Of a stretch of 64,000 bases of DNA, positions 9,754-18,808 are shown piece by piece. The DNA comes from a virus: IMG/VR virus record IMGVR_UViG_3300045973_000675, positions 1 to 64,000 of that record. The stretch is one strand, 5' to 3'. Each line of letters begins with the position of its first letter. Positions within the stretch are counted from its first letter, which is position 1. Made by a program: the position numbers and the translations under genes. The notes beneath the pieces were generated by a model. The model had not been told where the DNA came from. It saw only the letters and a program-made list of their open reading frames with translations, and made no database searches.

Positions 9754-10233
9754 CTAGCCGGTAAGGTCCCAGCCCAGATCCGTCAGGACCAATTCCTCGA
9801 TGAGGAATTCCTTCGAGTCGCCCTTCCACGATCCAGGCTTGAACTTTTTCGGGAAGCAGCGAGCGGTGTACGACTTCTTGATCGAGCCATCGGCGTCGAG
9901 TTGGCAGATCTCGATGTTGCGGACCATGTTCGGAAACGTGAGCCCGACCGCATCGGCGCCCGCCTGGGCGGCGGTCAGCTGCACGACCGAGCTGAACCAC
10001 AGATAGGCGTCGTAGTCCTGGCACGACGCCCGGCGAAGCGTGATGTCCGGGAACACCACCTTGCCAGTGGGCTGCTTATGCTTGGTGGCCTCGCCGCCCG
10101 AACTGTACTCGGCAACTTCGAGTTCGGCCTCGAGGCCATCGCACTCGGCGAAATCCGTGTCCTTGAATCCGTCGATGCGGACCCGGAAGTGGCCCGCGAC
10201 ATCGAGGTTCTTTGCTTGCCCTGCGGTTCCCAT
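9754..10233 (-). CDS. tail tube protein (T4 gp19-like)
   Basis: FRVRIDG...FAECDGLEAELEVAEYSSGG...FPDITLRR...FPKKFKPG...IEELVL. Confidence 0.9.
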   Translation of the reverse strand: MGTAGQAKNLDVAGHFRVRIDGFKDTDFAECDGLEAELEVAEYSSGGEATKHKQPTGKVVFPDITLRRASCQDYDAYLWFSSVVQLTAAQAGADAVGLTFPNMVRNIEICQLDADGSIKKSYTARCFPKKFKPGSWKGDSKEFLIEELVLTDLGWDLTG

Positions 10234-10242
10234 GATGTCTCC

Positions 10243-11829
10243 TTACTGAGCGTTCGCGTAGGCCGTCTTGTCTTCCGAGAAGAGCAAGTTGATGAATTCG
10301 TTTGGTTCCGCAGTCGCAACGCCGATCCGGGCCTTCGTGGTGTTGGGCGTGGCGGCCGGATTGAGAGCCTTCCCGAAGTCGGAATAGAACGCCTGCTTGG
10401 GGTTCTTGGTGATGAATGCCCCGAGGCCGCACTGGATTTCCATGAACTGATCCACGGTGCGCTTCTCCTCGGCCAGCAAGTCGTCAGTTCGGTTCTTGTG
10501 GCGAAACACCTGCATGGACCGCTTGATCGACTGTTGAATGTGGCTGACGCCGCGGCGCTGGCCAGTGCTGGGCCAGTTGCCATTGCCCTTGAGGTTACGA
10601 GCTCCGTCCAGGAACACGCCGGTCCCGCTGATCTTGGTCACGGGGTTGATGCGCTCCGGGAACACTAGGGCGCGCTTTCCGAGATCGAGAACTTCCTTGG
10701 TTTCCGGTTCGAGCAGACCGAGGAGCGCCCCAGTCTCGGTTCCGGCCGGCTGGTCATACACGCCACCCGAACGAGCGCCGTCCGTGCGAGCGAACATGCC
10801 GGCGATGTGGCCAGAGATTGGAACCGTGATTTTCTTTGCTGGTCCGAACACGGTCGGATTCGGATTCGAGATCTTCCACCTCGGCCAGTGGATGTGACCA
10901 CATTCGGTAAGCCCCTGAAGGGCCGCCGTGGTCTTGACGTAGATGATGATCTGGGTCGCCGACTGGCTGGCCGGAGGGTCAAGAAGAGCGTACGGCTGAC
11001 CGCCGCGCGCGACCGTACAGTAGGTCAGCATGGCGTTCTGGACAGCGCTGGTCGCGATGCCAGGAACAACCAGCAGGGTCATATCCTCTACGTAGTCTCC
11101 GGCGTAGATGCCGTTCTTCGCACCGGGAGATCCGATGTAGTCGGAATCGACAATGCCGGTCAGGCCATCGTTCCCGGTAGCCAAGACGGCGCCTAGGCCA
11201 AGGGCCGGGAGGTTGTTCGGAGATGCCGTGGCATTCTCCAGATCCGTAACCGCAACGTACTTGGACCCCGTCTCCGGATCGTTGATGACGGTCTCCACGT
11301 ATCGAGGATCCGATGCGTTGGCCGCCCCAATCTTCAGGTTGGGGAATGTTTCGAGCCTCACGCCCGACAGATTCACTGTCGAGTAGTTGAACTCGTTCGC
11401 GTTGCCACTCGTGGGCGCCTCAATGAGAGGCTTGAGCGAATGCGCATACGTTCCGTCGGTCTTCCCGTCGATCTTCAGGGTAGCGATGGGAGTCACGGCC
11501 GCGCGATCGACCAACGATAGCGTCGCAGCCGTGCTGGTCTTGGTTGAGGCGATCAGTGGATCCGTGTAGTGAACAACGCGCGCAATCCAGGCGTTGGTCC
11601 CGCCATTGGCGAAGAATGCAGCAACGGCAATCGCCACCCAGCCATTGGGCGTGTATCCGCCAAATACATCGACGTACTCACCGAACGAGGAGACCTGCGT
11701 CGCCTCTCCCACCGGCCCGCGTTCCGTTACGCCAACGAAAAGACAAACAGACGTCGGAAGAACCGGCACCGAGCGCTGCTTCGGGGCCTCTTCGCCAATT
11801 GTGACATCGGAAGCAAGATTCTCAGCCAT
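10243..11829 (-). CDS. contractile tail sheath protein
   Basis: FVGVTERGPVGEATQVSSFGEYVDVFGG, FFANGG, VPISGHIAGMFARTD, GVATAEPNEFI; start ATG 11829 with SD AGGAG. Confidence 0.95.
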   Translation of the reverse strand: MAENLASDVTIGEEAPKQRSVPVLPTSVCLFVGVTERGPVGEATQVSSFGEYVDVFGGYTPNGWVAIAVAAFFANGGTNAWIARVVHYTDPLIASTKTSTAATLSLVDRAAVTPIATLKIDGKTDGTYAHSLKPLIEAPTSGNANEFNYSTVNLSGVRLETFPNLKIGAANASDPRYVETVINDPETGSKYVAVTDLENATASPNNLPALGLGAVLATGNDGLTGIVDSDYIGSPGAKNGIYAGDYVEDMTLLVVPGIATSAVQNAMLTYCTVARGGQPYALLDPPASQSATQIIIYVKTTAALQGLTECGHIHWPRWKISNPNPTVFGPAKKITVPISGHIAGMFARTDGARSGGVYDQPAGTETGALLGLLEPETKEVLDLGKRALVFPERINPVTKISGTGVFLDGARNLKGNGNWPSTGQRRGVSHIQQSIKRSMQVFRHKNRTDDLLAEEKRTVDQFMEIQCGLGAFITKNPKQAFYSDFGKALNPAATPNTTKARIGVATAEPNEFINLLFSEDKTAYANAQ

Positions 11830-11837
11830 GTGCGCTC

Positions 11838-12125
11838 CTACTCGGCGTTGACGACGATCAATTCGCGGCGATCGATGGCACCCTTGACGTCGGGGCAATC
11901 GAGGATGGTTTCGGAAAGGTCGGTCTTCTTTTCGCCGGCCAGGAAAGTGATGGACGTGGCCAATTTCGCCTCGCGCTCAGCGATCCCGGTCATTCCCGAG
12001 ACGTTGTCGTGCTCGGCCGAGTGCTGCTTGACATCGACACAGCGGCACTCGCCGTCCTCGCAGTAGAATTTATGGGGAAGGTTGAACGTCAGGAGCGTTC
12101 GAGATCGGCTCTTCAGCGTCGCCAT
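11838..12125 (-). CDS. small conserved-type pre-sheath protein
   Basis: First gene behind a late-promoter motif; HxxxC..CxC. Confidence 0.6.
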   Translation of the reverse strand: MATLKSRSRTLLTFNLPHKFYCEDGECRCVDVKQHSAEHDNVSGMTGIAEREAKLATSITFLAGEKKTDLSETILDCPDVKGAIDRRELIVVNAE

Positions 12126-12131
12126 GCCATC

Positions 12132-12163
12132 AGGATTGACGGCGCGGGCGAGCTACTCAAAAA
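12132..12163 (-). promoter_or_regulatory. late promoter motif (tail operon)
   Basis: TTTTGAGTAG-N15-AATCCT-N6-ATG. Confidence 0.7.
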
Positions 12164-12171
12164 CTGGGCGG

Positions 12172-13149
12172 CTACGTTTTGGCCACCACGTCGAGATCGA
12201 ACTCTTCTTGGGTGCCAACGCCGACGCGATCGAGGGACTGGCCCGGGAATCCGGCTAAGTCCTCGAGCCCCACGCCATGGATGACCACCGTCAGTCCGTC
12301 GAACGAATGGTTGCCGTCCTGATTGGGCGTGGACGTGTCGCGCGCCTCCGAGTCGGCTGGGACGATGACCTGGTAGCGGATCGTTCCCTTGCTGGCGTCG
12401 TTGGCGTCTCGTTGCACTTCCAGGTAGGTGAACAGATCGAGCACCTTCCGGGTGAGGAGCATCAGGCTGGTGTTCTGCGCGCCGCTGTTGGTGTAGCCAG
12501 CGATGCTGTATTCGAGCGCGACCGCCATGGGTGGCGCCTTGATGTCGACCAACCCACCGCCAAGCTGGCTCGGCACCGCGATCGGCGTGTGGGTGTTGAA
12601 GTGCGGCCGATCTTCCCTGCACCGCGGTCCCGTGACGACCAGGCCCGGAGGATTGGCCAGTCTCGTGACTGCAAATGGAGCGTCGCCGAAGTCCGGGCTG
12701 ATGGCCAGCTTGACCACGTTGTCGACGATCCGCCGCTTGAGCATCCGCAGGAACGCGCGCTCGACCCGGCCGCCATCGTTTTCGATCGCGAGATCTGGAC
12801 GCGCGTAGGTGACGGCCGCCGGCGACGTTCGCGATTCCCCGGCAATCGGCGCGCCAGCATCATCGAGATTGGTCACCGTCAGGGCCGCCGGCACCACCGT
12901 TCCGTCGTCCAGTCGGGACGGGTCATGTTCGGGAAGGTGGCAGGACAGCACGGTGCTGGACAGCACCTCGACCTGTGTCGCCGCTCGAGCTTCGACGGTT
13001 ACGGCCACGGTCGGGATTGGGTCAGGCAACGGACCGTTGGTCGGCGACGGCGGCGACGGCAAACGGAAGTTCGTGCCGCGCACGATGACCAGTTGCCCGC
13101 CGGTCCAGACGGTCGACGGTGTGATGGAAGTGATGGTTGGGGCGGCCAT
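12172..13149 (-). CDS. IPT/TIG-domain tail terminator (Pvc16-like)
   Basis: PTITSITPS...GGQLVIVRGTNF is an IPT/TIG start; C-terminal PMAVALEYSI; position before the sheath. Confidence 0.65.
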   Translation of the reverse strand: MAAPTITSITPSTVWTGGQLVIVRGTNFRLPSPPSPTNGPLPDPIPTVAVTVEARAATQVEVLSSTVLSCHLPEHDPSRLDDGTVVPAALTVTNLDDAGAPIAGESRTSPAAVTYARPDLAIENDGGRVERAFLRMLKRRIVDNVVKLAISPDFGDAPFAVTRLANPPGLVVTGPRCREDRPHFNTHTPIAVPSQLGGGLVDIKAPPMAVALEYSIAGYTNSGAQNTSLMLLTRKVLDLFTYLEVQRDANDASKGTIRYQVIVPADSEARDTSTPNQDGNHSFDGLTVVIHGVGLEDLAGFPGQSLDRVGVGTQEEFDLDVVAKT

Positions 13150-13158
13150 GTTTCGATC

Positions 13159-13797
13159 CTATTTCGAGAGGGTGCCCTTCAACATTTTCGCCATCCGTTC
13201 TTCGAGGCGCTTCTTCACGTCGTCGGGTTTGGCGAACACCTCGAAGATCGGGCGGATGAATGGGCGGGCCGGAATCTTGATGAGGAGAAACTTCTTCGCA
13301 TTCGCCTTGGCCTTGATGAGCCAGAACGGCTTGGGGATCGCGCCTTCGCCGTTGAGTTCCTTGAACACCAGGGCGAGGTACCGCATCACCTTCTTGGTCA
13401 ACTCGATCCTGAATGGCCCGGCGCCAAATTCCTGCGTCTCGGCGACGTTGACCAGCGTCTTTCCGTCGGCAGTCTTGGCCGTGCGCAAAATCCCGATGAA
13501 TGCCCCCTTGCCCTTGCCAAGGCTCTCCACGCGGATCCCGTTGCGCAGATCACCATGCACCATCAAGGCCTTGGTGCCGCGGAACCCTGCCAGCCTACGC
13601 GCTGCCAGCGTGAACGGGGACAACGGCTTGAATGCCTTCCCGCCGGGCTCCTGCGATTGTAGGCCCTTGACGATCTCACCCCGCAGGTAGTGGGCCTCTT
13701 GCAGGATGGACTGCTGCGAGGCTGCGGCCATCTCGACGGCCATTTTGTCGAAGGTCTCGCGCGCCTTGGCCCAGTCGCCTGTCTTGCGACTCGCCAC
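13159..13797 (-). CDS. virion morphogenesis/tail completion protein
   Basis: FKPLSPFTLAARR...KALMVHGDLRNGI...QEFG...IPARPFIRP. Confidence 0.8.
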   Translation of the reverse strand: MASRKTGDWAKARETFDKMAVEMAAASQQSILQEAHYLRGEIVKGLQSQEPGGKAFKPLSPFTLAARRLAGFRGTKALMVHGDLRNGIRVESLGKGKGAFIGILRTAKTADGKTLVNVAETQEFGAGPFRIELTKKVMRYLALVFKELNGEGAIPKPFWLIKAKANAKKFLLIKIPARPFIRPIFEVFAKPDDVKKRLEERMAKMLKGTLSK

Positions 13798-13799
13798 CG

Positions 13800-14303
13800 C
13801 TACGACCTCGACTGCATGCGGACCAGCAGCAAGTTGCGCCGGCCACCCAATCCAAACTGCGGCGTCGCCTCGTTGACGTACATGCCCGGCGGATCGGGAA
13901 ACTGCTGCACCAGCGTTCCGTCCATCTGATAGATGGCGCCCATCCGGTCGGCGGGGCGGATGAGCGCCACCCCAGTGGCCATATCCACGAGGCCCATCTG
14001 CTCGAGATCGACGAAGTGAAACGTCACCGCGAACACACCAGCCTTCTGGTCTCCGAGTTCCTTCATGGTCTGGCGATTGAACGAATCGGGTTCGATCTGC
14101 GCCGGAATCATGATCGAGGGAAGCTCCTCGCGCTTGGGCAGGCCGCGGCCATCGTCGGTTGCGACGAGAACAGGCTCTTTGTAGTCCGGGTCCAAGGCAG
14201 CATCAGATCCGTCTACCGTCGTCCCCTCGCCCATACCCTCCAGATCGAGCTGGAACATCTCGACTAGGAACTTTTGGAGAAGCCTGCCCCGGTATGCCAT
14301 CAC
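13800..14303 (-). CDS. head closure/stopper protein
   Basis: Position between adaptor and tail completion genes; LDPDYKEP motif. Confidence 0.6.
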   Translation of the reverse strand: MMAYRGRLLQKFLVEMFQLDLEGMGEGTTVDGSDAALDPDYKEPVLVATDDGRGLPKREELPSIMIPAQIEPDSFNRQTMKELGDQKAGVFAVTFHFVDLEQMGLVDMATGVALIRPADRMGAIYQMDGTLVQQFPDPPGMYVNEATPQFGLGGRRNLLLVRMQSRS

Positions 14304-15343
14304 GCCGCCGCGAAGGTTGGCGGACGGCGGAATGACTCCAGCATCATGTCGATGTCCGAGTCTCCGGTCCAGATGCCGTTGAGTCCCGTGTCGCTGTACT
14401 GGACCTCCTGGTCACGCGTCTTTTCCATCGTGACCGGCCCGGAAGCTGGCGACCGATTGGCAATTTTCTCCATCGCGCGCGTAATCGCAATCGCGATGGC
14501 GATCTCGCGAACCTGGTCAGGTGTCTGGCCGGTTGGGCTGCCGTCGTAGTTCGTGTAGCCGAACACGCCCTTGACCTGAATGTTCTTCGTCCCGCGGGGC
14601 CACACCCCCATGTCGACACCGATTCTGGCCAACGTCATGGCGTCCCGCAGATTGATCTTCGGATAGGCCCGATCATCCTCGGTCAGCATCCCGTCGGTCA
14701 GGTGGCGAGCGTAGACGCGGAATCCCGCTGCGTCCATCGACATTGCCCCGGCAAACACCCCGTCGAACGTCACCACCACGCTTTCGATCGCGATGATGGG
14801 GGCGGGAATTTCCAGAACGCGGTTACCCGTGCCGTCCAGGGAGAACGTGCGATACCGCGGCTCGAACCAGCGCTCGGTCACGCGCTCGATGTAGCGAGAC
14901 GCGGACGAAATGGATTGCAACACGCGGGCGTCGTTGGCAGTCCCGGACAGGACGCCCTCGGCGCGCACGTCGGACAGCGAACAATACCCGGTCTGAGCCA
15001 ACGAGGGGACGTTCAGGACTTCGATGGGGACGACCGACTGCCCCTGGAATCCCGACGCCATCGTGTAGAACCATTGGATCTGACCGGGGCCAACCTGGGC
15101 ACCGCTCGGCATGGTGAACGTCGCGAAGAAGTGGCCTATGCCGATTCGGTTCGTAGACAGATTCACCGCCTGGACCTGTCCGGGCGTGGTCGGAAATAGC
15201 TGAACCAGAGAACCGCTCGACGTGCTGTAGACGGCGAACGCCAAGGACACCGGATCCTGCATAAGAGCATCACCAAGCGATGGGTCGGTCAAGAAGACCT
15301 CGACGGCCTTCCCCGATGCCTGTCCCTTGGCGATTGCGATCAT
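14300..15343 (-). CDS. head-tail adaptor with N-terminal Ig/BppU-like domain
   Basis: YCSLSDVR...ASRYIERVTERWF...WPRGTKNIQVKGVFGY...TPDQVRE. Confidence 0.8.
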   Translation of the reverse strand: MIAIAKGQASGKAVEVFLTDPSLGDALMQDPVSLAFAVYSTSSGSLVQLFPTTPGQVQAVNLSTNRIGIGHFFATFTMPSGAQVGPGQIQWFYTMASGFQGQSVVPIEVLNVPSLAQTGYCSLSDVRAEGVLSGTANDARVLQSISSASRYIERVTERWFEPRYRTFSLDGTGNRVLEIPAPIIAIESVVVTFDGVFAGAMSMDAAGFRVYARHLTDGMLTEDDRAYPKINLRDAMTLARIGVDMGVWPRGTKNIQVKGVFGYTNYDGSPTGQTPDQVREIAIAIAITRAMEKIANRSPASGPVTMEKTRDQEVQYSDTGLNGIWTGDSDIDMMLESFRRPPTFAAA

Positions 15344-15384
15344 GTGGCGCTCTTTCTCACCCGTCCCAAAGGAGGGCGGGCGCT

Positions 15385-15951
15385 CTACTTGGAATCTGCC
15401 TTGGCCTGTTGGCGGGCCGAGCGGGCAGCCCTGCGAGACGATGCCGGGGTGGCATCTGTCGCGTCACCAGCGGTATCTTCGGTTTCCTTCTCAGCCTTCT
15501 CGGCCGCAGCGGCCTCCGCGGCTTCCTTCTCTTCCTGGCTGATGATCTCTTCTCCGTCGACATGCTCCTGCGAGGGATTGAGATACTTTCGACCACGTAA
15601 GGGTTCCTCCAGCGAGGGAGCTGCTACCGTCCCAGCCGGCGTGGTCGCTCGGTCGACCAGGGACAACGATCCAGGGGTGGGACGCGCAGCCAATGCTTCG
15701 CGCTCCGCCCGTGCCCGTTCCGCAGCTTCGATGCCCTTCGCTCCGGCTAGGTCTGTGACCTCGAACAGCGCCTGGGTATCGTCGTCGCTCCGCAGAGATC
15801 GTAGGTACTCCGCCAGTTCGAACGTATCGTTCCCGACCTTGATTGCCTCGGGAATTTTCGCCCACACCCCGACGTTGAAATGGATCCCGTGAACCGAATA
15901 GGTCACGGGACCATTGCGGAAATTGCGCAGCCTTATGAATAGCTCGTTCAT
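15385..15951 (-). CDS. hypothetical protein with low-complexity acidic C-terminus
   Basis: Start moved to ATG 15951 (MNELFIRLRNF), after the stop of the upstream gene. Confidence 0.6.
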   Translation of the reverse strand: MNELFIRLRNFRNGPVTYSVHGIHFNVGVWAKIPEAIKVGNDTFELAEYLRSLRSDDDTQALFEVTDLAGAKGIEAAERARAEREALAARPTPGSLSLVDRATTPAGTVAAPSLEEPLRGRKYLNPSQEHVDGEEIISQEEKEAAEAAAAEKAEKETEDTAGDATDATPASSRRAARSARQQAKADSK

Positions 15952-15991
15952 GTCTTCTAACCCCCGTTGAAAACCCGTGAAGAAACGTCGA

Positions 15992-16330
15992 CTACTTGGA
16001 GTAAACGACGAGCTTGAACGTGACGCCCGACAAGCTGGTCGCGTTCGCCAACTCGGCCGGGGCCGTGCCGGCAGAACCGCCGGCCGTGTAGACCATGAGC
16101 TTGCTGTTGGCGAAGTCCCACACGAGCAGGTACCCACCGTTGGCGCTGACGCTACGGACGTCGAGAATCGCCCTCTGGTCGCCAGTCAAAGCATCCAGGG
16201 CAGCCTGGACACCCGTCATGCCACCCGTGGGGTAGGAGCTATCTCCGACCAGGGTGATCTGATCAACGTAAAGGACCTTCTGGGGTCCATCGATGGACTT
16301 CTCGACTAGGGTCATTGTTCCGATTGCCAT
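15992..16330 (-). CDS. putative capsid decoration protein
   Basis: GDSSYPTGG...GYLLVWD..NSKLMVY..ELANATSLS; directly after the MCP; SD AGGAG. Confidence 0.7.
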   Translation of the reverse strand: MAIGTMTLVEKSIDGPQKVLYVDQITLVGDSSYPTGGMTGVQAALDALTGDQRAILDVRSVSANGGYLLVWDFANSKLMVYTAGGSAGTAPAELANATSLSGVTFKLVVYSK

Positions 16331-16360
16331 TGCTGTTCTCCTGAATCAGGTTGAAAGGTT

Positions 16361-16380
16361 AGGGGCGAATTTCTCCGCCC
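16361..16380 (-). terminator. stem-loop after the major capsid gene
   Basis: GGGGCGGA-GAAA-TTCGCCCC followed by TAACCTTTC; weak terminator or mRNA stabiliser. Confidence 0.55.
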
Positions 16381-16400
16381 CACAAATTTGGTTCGGTCGA

Positions 16401-17348
16401 CTACGCGGACTTGACCTTCACGGCCTTCGCTACCGCGGGCTCGTGGAGGTACTTGACCGCGACGCGCGCCCGGCAGACCACCATCAGGACACCAGCCTGG
16501 ATGTCTTCCTGGGTCTTGAACGTGACGTCCTTCCAGACGCCGACGCAGATGTTCTTGGGATCGCAGAAGATGATGTTCGATTCGTTCGTTCCACCACCGA
16601 GGTTGGTCGGGAACATCGGAACCGGGATGACCTGCACCCCGTAGGCCGGGATGGGGGCTGCCGACGTCAGGGCGCTATCGCCGAGGCCGGTGAAGCGCGG
16701 GGCAACGAGGTCGCGCCACTTGGTCTCGATGGTGGGCGCCGTGTAGAAGCGCATCTTCGACTTGTCCTTCTGGAACTGGCTGGGCAACAGGTTCGCCAGG
16801 TGGAGGAAGTGCGCTTGCGCGAGGACGATCGAACCGTCGTCGACCACGTAGGTGCTCGACTGCTTGAGGATGCCGTCGAGCAGCTTGAGCAGAGGATCCG
16901 TCGACGTGGTGTCGCCGTTGATGGCGAGGTCTTCCATGTCGAGGCCGAAGCGCTCGCCCATGAGCTTCTTGACGTGCGTCGCGAGGGCATCGCCTTCGAT
17001 GTTGTCCTCGATGTCGACGTCGGTCAGGTTGACCTGGCACTTCATCTGGACCGTGGTCAACGTGACCTTGCCCGTGGTGGGGGCCGCACGATCGGTGTAG
17101 CTGAGGGACTGACCCTCGACACCGCCGCGGGTGATGCGCGACAGGAAGCCAAGCTTGTCGACCTCCTGGACGGGCGCCGACAGTGGCTTGAAGAAGACGT
17201 CCTTCAACAGACGCTGGTCCTGGATCGAAATCTCCAAGAACTCTTTGGACTGGGCCGGAAGGAGCACGCCGCCATTGGTGGTCATGTCCGAGACCTTCAT
17301 GTCCGCCTTCTGGATGTTGGTACGGGCGATTTGTCGGTTCGATTCCAT
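16401..17348 (-). CDS. major capsid protein (HK97 fold)
   Basis: GGVLLPAQSKEF, IEDNIEG, DMEDLAINGDT..DPLLKLLDGILKQ, FCDPKNICVG. Confidence 0.95.
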   Translation of the reverse strand: MESNRQIARTNIQKADMKVSDMTTNGGVLLPAQSKEFLEISIQDQRLLKDVFFKPLSAPVQEVDKLGFLSRITRGGVEGQSLSYTDRAAPTTGKVTLTTVQMKCQVNLTDVDIEDNIEGDALATHVKKLMGERFGLDMEDLAINGDTTSTDPLLKLLDGILKQSSTYVVDDGSIVLAQAHFLHLANLLPSQFQKDKSKMRFYTAPTIETKWRDLVAPRFTGLGDSALTSAAPIPAYGVQVIPVPMFPTNLGGGTNESNIIFCDPKNICVGVWKDVTFKTQEDIQAGVLMVVCRARVAVKYLHEPAVAKAVKVKSA

Positions 17349-17383
17349 CTGATTGCTCCTTGGGGTCGTTGTCGTTGCGAAAA

Positions 17384-18070
17384 CTACGTGCGCTGCGCGT
17401 TCATGTCGTTCGGCCAGGAGAATGGTTTCGCCGTCGACTTGGCGACCTCTTCTGGCTCGTTTGAATTCGGCGCGGGTGTCTGCTTGGCCGCCTTGATGAT
17501 CTCTGCCTGCTTGGCGATCGACACGCTCTGATCGGCGATCTGCTTGGCCTGCGCATCGAGCTTTACTTGAAGATCGGATACCGACTTGGTCAGCTCATCG
17601 ACCTTGGGCGCAAGCGGATTGGGTTCATCTGCCTTGGCGACCTTCGACTTGTCGGTCGATTCTCCCTCGGCGTCCACCTCGTCCTGCAGCTCCTTGACGA
17701 TCTTGGTCAGCTCTGAAACCGAAGTGGCCAGGCGGTCAAGGCGCTCCTTGGCCATCTTGGCTCCACGCTTTGCCACGGGCTCCGGCGCGGGCGTTGCGGC
17801 CAACGCGGCAGCCGCGGCGACGTCGGTGGCCTGCTGTTCGAGCGTGACGGGCGCGGTGACGGTTTCCGTGGCGGGGGTAGATGGCGCTCCGGTTTCAGCA
17901 GATGCAATAGGTTCGGCAGGGAGCACGGTTCCCTCGGCCGACTTCACAACCACGAACGGGCGCTTGTTCGCCGGGGCGTCGACGTTGGCCACTTCAAGGA
18001 CTTCGACGTCCGTGAGTTCCGCGGTGGCCGCGGCCGCCTTGGCGATGCTTGTTCGAGTTGCTGTTCGCAT
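17384..18070 (-). CDS. scaffold protein with an N-terminal protease-type strand
   Basis: ELTDVEVLEVANVDAPANKRPF at the N-terminus, then coiled coil; ends PFSWPNDMN. Confidence 0.75.
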   Translation of the reverse strand: MRTATRTSIAKAAAATAELTDVEVLEVANVDAPANKRPFVVVKSAEGTVLPAEPIASAETGAPSTPATETVTAPVTLEQQATDVAAAAALAATPAPEPVAKRGAKMAKERLDRLATSVSELTKIVKELQDEVDAEGESTDKSKVAKADEPNPLAPKVDELTKSVSDLQVKLDAQAKQIADQSVSIAKQAEIIKAAKQTPAPNSNEPEEVAKSTAKPFSWPNDMNAQRT

Positions 18071-18080
18071 GGTCTATTTC

Positions 18081-18111
18081 AGGGTTGCAAGCGGAATCGA
18101 CGTAATCAAAA
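18081..18111 (-). promoter_or_regulatory. late promoter motif (scaffold/capsid operon)
   Basis: TTTTGATTAC-N15-AACCCT-N10-ATG. Confidence 0.6.
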
Positions 18112-18112
18112 A

Positions 18113-18805
18113 TCAGTCGAGTGGGTTGACGACGGCGGTCCCGCCAATCGAGAATCCGGTGATTTCGCCCTTCTTGATGGCGGACCACATGTCATCGTCC
18201 AGCACCCTCTCGGCCATCATCCAAGACCCGGCCTTGAGGAATTGCCCCTCGTAGGTCTCGTCTGACTTTTGGATGTAGCACTCCAGCACGGCGAACTTGT
18301 CGTTGGAATCGAGCACCTTGCCGTCCTTGGTACGCGCGTGCTGGACGGTGAAGTGCCCCGCCTCCCCATCGGTTCGGTACGCCTCCATCCAAGCCTGCTG
18401 TGCCTTGCGAATGGTCGCCGACGTCTCGGTGTGGCCCTGGGTGTCGACCTCGTCTGGTTCCATGACGACGCCCAGGACGTAGCGCTCTTCCTCGGCAGTC
18501 TCGGCCTTGGAAACGATCACGCGGGCGAACTTGAGCGTCGGAGATGGCTCGACGGGCGTGACGGTCGGCGGCGGTTCAGATGGCGCGGTGGCCTTCTGGA
18601 TTGCCACCACAATCGCCTTCGCAAGCGTTGGGTACATTCCTCCATCGCCCATCGATGCCATCGCCTTGCGGGTCTCACCGCGCACGCGCAGCTTGACCAC
18701 GACGTCCTGGTAGTCGTCGGTAGCGGTAGTGGCAGCGGCGATCACAGGGGAGGTCACGGATGCCGTCTTCGCGATAGGCTCTCTGAATCGCCGGCTGCGC
18801 TTCAT
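18113..18805 (-). CDS. XkdF-like prohead serine protease
   Basis: EERYVLGVVMEPDEVDTQG, QH, GSWMM, WSAIKKGEITGFSIGG. Confidence 0.9.
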   Translation of the reverse strand: MKRSRRFREPIAKTASVTSPVIAAATTATDDYQDVVVKLRVRGETRKAMASMGDGGMYPTLAKAIVVAIQKATAPSEPPPTVTPVEPSPTLKFARVIVSKAETAEEERYVLGVVMEPDEVDTQGHTETSATIRKAQQAWMEAYRTDGEAGHFTVQHARTKDGKVLDSNDKFAVLECYIQKSDETYEGQFLKAGSWMMAERVLDDDMWSAIKKGEITGFSIGGTAVVNPLD

Positions 18806-18808
18806 GGC

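Noticed and set aside
3444-13149. Stand-alone eCIS/tailocin locus
   Set aside because: Terminase, portal, capsid, integrase and replication genes show it is a complete phage.
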